DNA of 64,000 nt, taken from contig CAXIUT010000073.1 in assembly GCA_964035545.1 (NCBI GenBank), forward strand, positions 186,001-250,000, in the 5' to 3' direction. Shown here piece after piece: positions 58,101 through 64,000 of the stretch. Source of the stretch: Bugula neritina (lineage: Eukaryota > Animalia > Bryozoa). Within the stretch, counting starts at the first letter, position 1. Every line of letters starts with the position of its first letter. Position numbers and translations under genes: made by a program. The notes beneath the pieces are model-generated. The model saw only the letters and a list, made by a program, of their open reading frames with translations. It did not search any database and had not been told where the DNA came from.

Positions 58101-61100
58101 CTGTATTGGCACGTTGCCATGAGATATTTGGTTATATTTAGCATCACAACATACTCTTCAGAAAGTTAAGAAAATCAGTCTATAGAAAGTTAATGAAATA
58201 AACCTACCAGAGAGAGTAAGCCAGATGTAACAAGTAGATCCAAAACAAGTTGATTAACAATTGAAGTTGAATTCTCCATGTAGTGAATACTTTAGTCCTA
58301 ATGTCAAATGCAAACGTCTGCAACCAAATTGTGTAGACTTCATGAGCTGGTTAGCTGACAGGACTCATTAAAGTTCTTAACTGTTGTGTGTATAGTGATG
58401 CCCATCTTGAACTAGAGAGGGCTGACGGAAGACTGCTACTTTGTGAAAATTGACAATGCATATTATTATTATTCATTGTTGAGATTCACGACTGCCATAA
58501 ACAATGATAAAATATTCATTGTTGGTACTACTGAGTAGAATAAAATATAATATAATATTATTCTCTGGACAGATAAACAATATCAAATGCATATTATAAC
58601 ATTACCATAAATCTACGGCGCTTCACATCTTCACTTTTTTCTGCAATGTTATTTCTTTGCAGTTAGAAGTACTAGCTGAATATATGACTATGAAACATAA
58701 CCCTTCAATTTCATTGCACCAGCACCGATTTCAATATAGGTGTGTTGGGAGTTATCTTTCCTAAAGTTTTGTTCTTGGTGTTTATTCGAAGCAGACACAG
58801 GCTAATATTAGTTTTGTTATTTGCAAGAGTTTTTCTGTCTGATTGTCCATCAGCAAAAGTTTGCGCCTTGCAGTTATTATGGAAATACCAGTGCTGCTGG
58901 AAGACCTTTGCATTGTACACCCGCCTTTACTATTGAATTTAGATGTTTTATTTTCCCATCCCCTCTCCTGCCCCCCTGTCCCCTCTAACAACCAGCAATC
59001 CTGACTCATGCGAAATGTGTTATTAAGTTTTAGAGTTGGACCATGGGCCTACAGTATACGATTTGAAGCTTTATAGTTTACAGGCAGTGGAGATGAGTCA
59101 CTGCTGAAACCCATTTTATTAGTAGACTATATTGCTCTTCAATCATCAGTTTTCATATTCAAAGAGAAAGCTCATCTGCAGCGCCATTTCACAGTGTTAT
59201 ATTTTGCTAGAGTAATAACTAATTTTAGATGCCTTTGCAAACATATGAGATATAAATGAGTCGTTTTATGAAAAGAGGTGTTTGCAGCAGTTGTCCACTT
59301 TTGATTTAGACGCGTCATGGAAACTTTTGTAGTTTTAAATAATATCTCCAAACTCATCACTTGCATGTGTTTATATACTTGATAAATTTTTTCATGCAAA
59401 ACTTGATGCCTGCTTCAAAGACACCAGTGCTTAATTACTGTGTTAACTGTATTGGCACGTTGCCATAAGACATTTGGTAATATTTCGCATCACAACAAAC
59501 TCTTCAGAAAGTTAAGAAAATCAGTCTAGAAAGTTACTGAAATAAACCTACCAGAGAGAGTAAGCCAGATGTAACAAGTAGATCCAAAACAAGTTGATTA
59601 ACAATTGAAGTTGAAATCTCCATGTAGTCAACACTTTAGTCCTAATGTCAAATGCAAACGTCTGCAACCAAACTATGTAGACTTCATGGGCTGGTTAGCT
59701 GACAGGACTCATTAAAGTTCTTAACTGTTGTGTGTATAGTGATGCCCTTCTTGAACTAGAGAGGGCTGACTGAAGACTGCTACTTTGTGAAAATTGACAA
59801 TGCATATTATTATTATTCATTGTTGAGATTCACGACTGCCATAAACAATGATAAAATATTCATTGTTGGTACTACTGAGTAGAATAAAATATAATATAAT
59901 ATTATTATCTGGACAGATAAACAATATCAAATGCATAATATAACATTACCATAAATCTACGGCGCTTCACATCTTCACCTTTTTCTGCAATGTTATTTCT
60001 TTGCAGTTAGAAGTACTAGCTGAATATATGACTATGAAACATAACCCTTCAATTTCATTGCACCAGCACCGATTTCAATATAGGTGTGTTGGGAGTTATC
60101 TTTCCTAAAGTTTTGTTCTTGGTGTTTATACGAAGCAGACACAGGCTAATATTAGTTTTGTTATTTGCAAGAGTTTTTCTGTCTGATTGTCCATCAGCAA
60201 AAGTTTGCGCCTTGCTGTTATTATGGAAATACCAGTGATGCTGGAAGACCTTTGCATTGTACACCCGCCTTTACTATTGAATTTAGATGTTTTATTTTCC
60301 CATCCCCTCTCCTGCCCCCCTGTCCCCTCTAACAACCAGCAATCCTGACTCATGCGAAATGTGTTATTAAGTTTTAGAGTTGGACCATGGGCCTACAGTA
60401 TACGATTTGAAGCTTTATAGTTTACAGGCAGTGGAGATGAGTCACTGCTGAAACCCATTTTATTAGTAGACTATATTGCTCTTCAATCATCAGTTTTCAT
60501 ATTCAAAGAGAAAGCTCATCTGCAGCGCCATTTCACAGTGTTATATTTTGCTAGAGTAATAACTAATTTTAGATGCCTTTGCAAACATATGAGAAATAAA
60601 TGAGTCATTTTATGAAAAGAGGTGTTTGCAGCAGTTGTCCACTTTTGATTTAGACGCGTCATGGAAACTTTTGTAGTTTTAAATAATATCTCCAAACTCA
60701 TCACTTGCATGTGTTTATATACTTGATAAATTTTTTCATGCAAAACTTGATGCCTGCTTCAAAGACACCAGTGCTTAATTACTGTGTTAACTGTATTGGC
60801 ACGTTGCCATAAGATATTTGGTAATATTTCGCATCACAACAAACTCTTCAGAAAGTTAAGAAAATCAGTCTAGAAAGTTACTGAAATAAACCTACCAGAG
60901 AGAGTAAGCCAGATGTAACAAGTAGATCCAAAACAAGTTGATTAACAATTGAAGTTGAAATCTCCATGTAGTCAACACTTTAGTCCTAATGTCAAATGCA
61001 AACGTCTGCAACCAAACTATGTAGACTTCATGGGCTGGTTAGCTGACAGGACTCATTAAAGTTCTTAACTGTTGTGTGTATAGTGATGCCCTTCTTGAAC

Positions 61101-63204
61101 TAGAGAGGGCTGACTGAAGACTGCTACTTTGTGAAAATTGACAATGCATATTATTATTATTCATTGTTGAGATTCACGACTGCCATAAACAATGATAAAA
61201 TATTCATTGTTGGTACTACTGAGTAGAATAAAATATAATATAATATTATTCTCTGGACAGATAAACAATATCAAATGCATAATATAACATTACCATAAAT
61301 CTACGGCGCTTCACATCTTCACCTTTTTCTGCAATGTTATTTCTTTGCAGTTAGAAGTACTAGCTGAATATATGACTATGAAACATAACCCTTCAATTTC
61401 ATTGCACCAGCACCGATTTCAATATAGGTGTGTTGGGAGTTATCTTTCCTAAAGTTTTGTTCTTGGTGTTTATACGAAGCAGACACAGGCTAATATTAGT
61501 TTTGTTATTTGCAAGAGTTTTTCTGTCTGATTGTCCATCAGCAAAAGTTTGCGCCTTGCAGTTATTATGGAAATACCAGTGATGCTGGAAGACCTTTGCA
61601 TTGTACACCCGCCTTTACTATTGAATTTAGATGTTTTATTTTCCCATCCCCTCTCCTGCCCCCCTGTCCCCTCTAACAACCAGCAATCCTGACTCATGTG
61701 AAATGTGTTATTAAGTTTTAGAGTTGGACCATGGGCCTACAGTATACGATTTGAAGCTTTATAGTTTACAGGCAGTGGAGATGAGTCACTGCTGAAACCC
61801 ATTTTATTAGTAGACTATATTGCTCTTCAATCATCAGTTTTCATATTCAAAGAGAAAGCTCATCTGCAGCGCCATTTCACAGTGTTATATTTTGCTAGAG
61901 TAATAACTAATTTTAGATGCCTTTGCAAACATATGAGAAATAAATGAGTCATTTTATGAAAAGAGGTGTTTGCAGCAGTTGTCCACTTTTGATTTAGACG
62001 CGTCATGGAAACTTTTGTAGTTTTAAATAATATCTCCAAACTCATCACTTGCATGTGTTTATATACTTGATAAAGTTTTTCATGCAAAACTTGATGCCTG
62101 CTTCAAAGACACCAGTGCTTAAAACTGTGTTAACTGTATTGGCACGTTGCCATGAGATATTTGGTTATATTTAGCATCACAACATACTCTTCAGAAAGTT
62201 AAGAAAATCAGTCTATAGAAAGTTAATGAAATAAACCTACCAGAGAGAGTAAGCCAGATGTAACAAGTAGATCCAAAACAAGTTGATTAACAATTGAAGT
62301 TGAATTCTCCATGTAGTGAATACTTTAGTCCTAATGTCAAATGCAAACGTCTGCAACCAAATTGTGTAGACTTCATGAGCTGGTTAGCTGACAGGACTCA
62401 TTAAAGTTCTTAACTGTTGTGTGTATAGTGATGCCCATCTTGAACTAGAGAGGGCTGACGGAAGACTGCTACTTTGTGAAAATTGACAATGCATATTATT
62501 ATTATTCATTGTTGAGATTCACGACTGCCATAAACAATGATAAAATATTCATTGTTGGTACTACTGAGTAGAATAAAATATAATATAATATTATTCTCTG
62601 GACAGATAAACAATATCAAATGCATATTATAACATTACCATAAATCTACGGCGCTTCACATCTTCACTTTTTTCTGCAATGTTATTTCTTTGCAGTTAGA
62701 AGTACTAGCTGAATATATGACTATGAAACATAACCCTTCAATTTCATTGCACCAGCACCGATTTCAATATAGGTGTGTTGGGAGTTATCTTTCCTAAAGT
62801 TTTGTTCTTGGTGTTTATTCAAAGCAGACACAGGCTAATATTAGTTTTGTTATTTGCAAGAGTTTTTCTGTCTGATTGTCCATCAGCAAAAGTTTGCGCC
62901 TTGCAGTTATTATGGAAATACCAGTGATGCTGGAAGACCTTTGCATTGTACACCCGCCTTTACTATTGAATTTAGATGTTTTATTTTCCCATCCCCTCTC
63001 CTGCCCCCCTGTCCCCTCTAACAACCAGCAATCCTGACTCATGTGAAATGTGTTATTAAGTTTTAGAGTTGGACCATGGGCCTACAGTATACGATTTGAA
63101 GCTTTATAGTTTACAGGCAGTGGAGATGAGTCACTGCTGAAACCCATTTTATTAGTAGACTATATTGCTCTTCAATCATCAGTTTTCATATTCAAAGAGA
63201 AAGC
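55139..63204. repeat. 3-monomer higher-order repeat (4033 bp x2; units 42-44 duplicated as 45-47, continuing into unit 48)
   Basis: ATTATTATCTGG occurs at ~55870 and ~59903. CCTTGCTGTT occurs at ~56180 and ~60213. ORF variants follow the series 55139/59172/63205. Confidence 0.9.
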
Positions 63205-64000
63205 TCATCTGCAGCGCCATTTCACAGTGTTATCTTTTGCTAGAGTAATAACTAATTTTAGATGCCTTTGCAAACATATGAGAAATAAATGAGTCGTTTT
63301 ATGAAAAGAGGTGTTTGCAGCAGTTGTCCACTTTTGATTTAGACGCGTCATGGAAACTTTTGTAGTTTTAAATAATATCTCCAAACTCATCACTTGCATG
63401 TGTTTATATACTTGATAAATTTTTTCATGCAAAACTTGATGCCTGCTTCAAAGACACCAGTGCTTAATTACTGTGTTAACTGTATTGGCACGTTGCCATG
63501 AGATATTTGGTAATATTTCGCATCACAACAAACTCTTCAGAAAGTTAAGAAAATCAGTCTAGAAAGTTACTGAAATAAACCTACCAGAGAGAGTAAGCCA
63601 GATGTAACAAGTAGATCCAAAACAAGTTGATTAACAATTGAAGTTGAAATATCCATGTAGTCAACACTTTAGTCCTAATGTCAAATGCAAACGTCTGCAA
63701 CCAAACTATGTAGACTTCATGGGCTGGTTAGCTGACAGGACTCATTAAAGTTCTTAACTGTTGTGTGTATAGTGATGCCCTTCTTGAAATAGAGAGGGCT
63801 GACTGAAGACTGCTACTTTGTGAAAATTGACAATGCATATTATTATTATTCATTGTTGAGATTCACGACTGCCATAAACAATGATAAAATATTCATTGTT
63901 GGTACTACTGAGTAGAATAAAATATAATATAATATTATTCTCTGGACAGATAAACAATATCAAATGCATAATATAACATTACCATAAATCTACGGCGCTT

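Larger units (their letters stand above)
1..64000. repeat. Tandem satellite/macrosatellite array, ~1345-bp monomer, 47 full copies plus a partial; extends beyond both window edges
   Basis: TCATCTGCAGCGCCATTTCACAGT recurs at 1, 1350, 2695, 4040, 5383, 6728, 8071, 9416 ... 61860, 63205. Spacing is 1342-1349 bp and the ORF track repeats with the same period. All copies have the same orientation and differ only by scattered SNPs and 1-4 bp indels. No unique spacer or insertion was seen. Confidence 0.99.

Noticed and set aside
1-64000. CRISPR array, transposon or LTR tandem
   Set aside because: There are no short repeats with unique spacers, no TIRs, TSDs or PBS, and no transposase or RT ORFs.

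Overview
The whole 64 kb window is one uninterrupted head-to-tail tandem array of a ~1345-bp monomer (1342-1349 bp). It holds 47 complete copies plus a 796-bp partial copy when phased on TCATCTGCAG (starts 1, 1350, 2695, 4040 ... 61860, 63205). The monomer is AT-rich (about one third GC by eye) and CpG-poor, which points to a methylated eukaryotic genome, so this is probably a long-monomer satellite or macrosatellite. I found no credible protein-coding gene, rRNA, tRNA, snRNA, CRISPR array or transposon. The recurring 64-110 aa ORFs are by-products of the repeat. Copies differ mainly by several biallelic multi-SNP blocks shuffled in different combinations, local 2-mer and 3-mer higher-order duplications, longer-range (9-11 unit) duplications, and a left-to-right change in variant composition. 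Each monomer carries a cluster of perfect AP-1/bZIP sites, a tight cluster of SOX-type heptamers, an excess of TGCA with octamer-like motifs, a minus-strand G-quadruplex motif and possible splice signals. These hint at a regulatory or transcribed satellite, but function cannot be shown from sequence alone, and I cannot confirm a novel system here.
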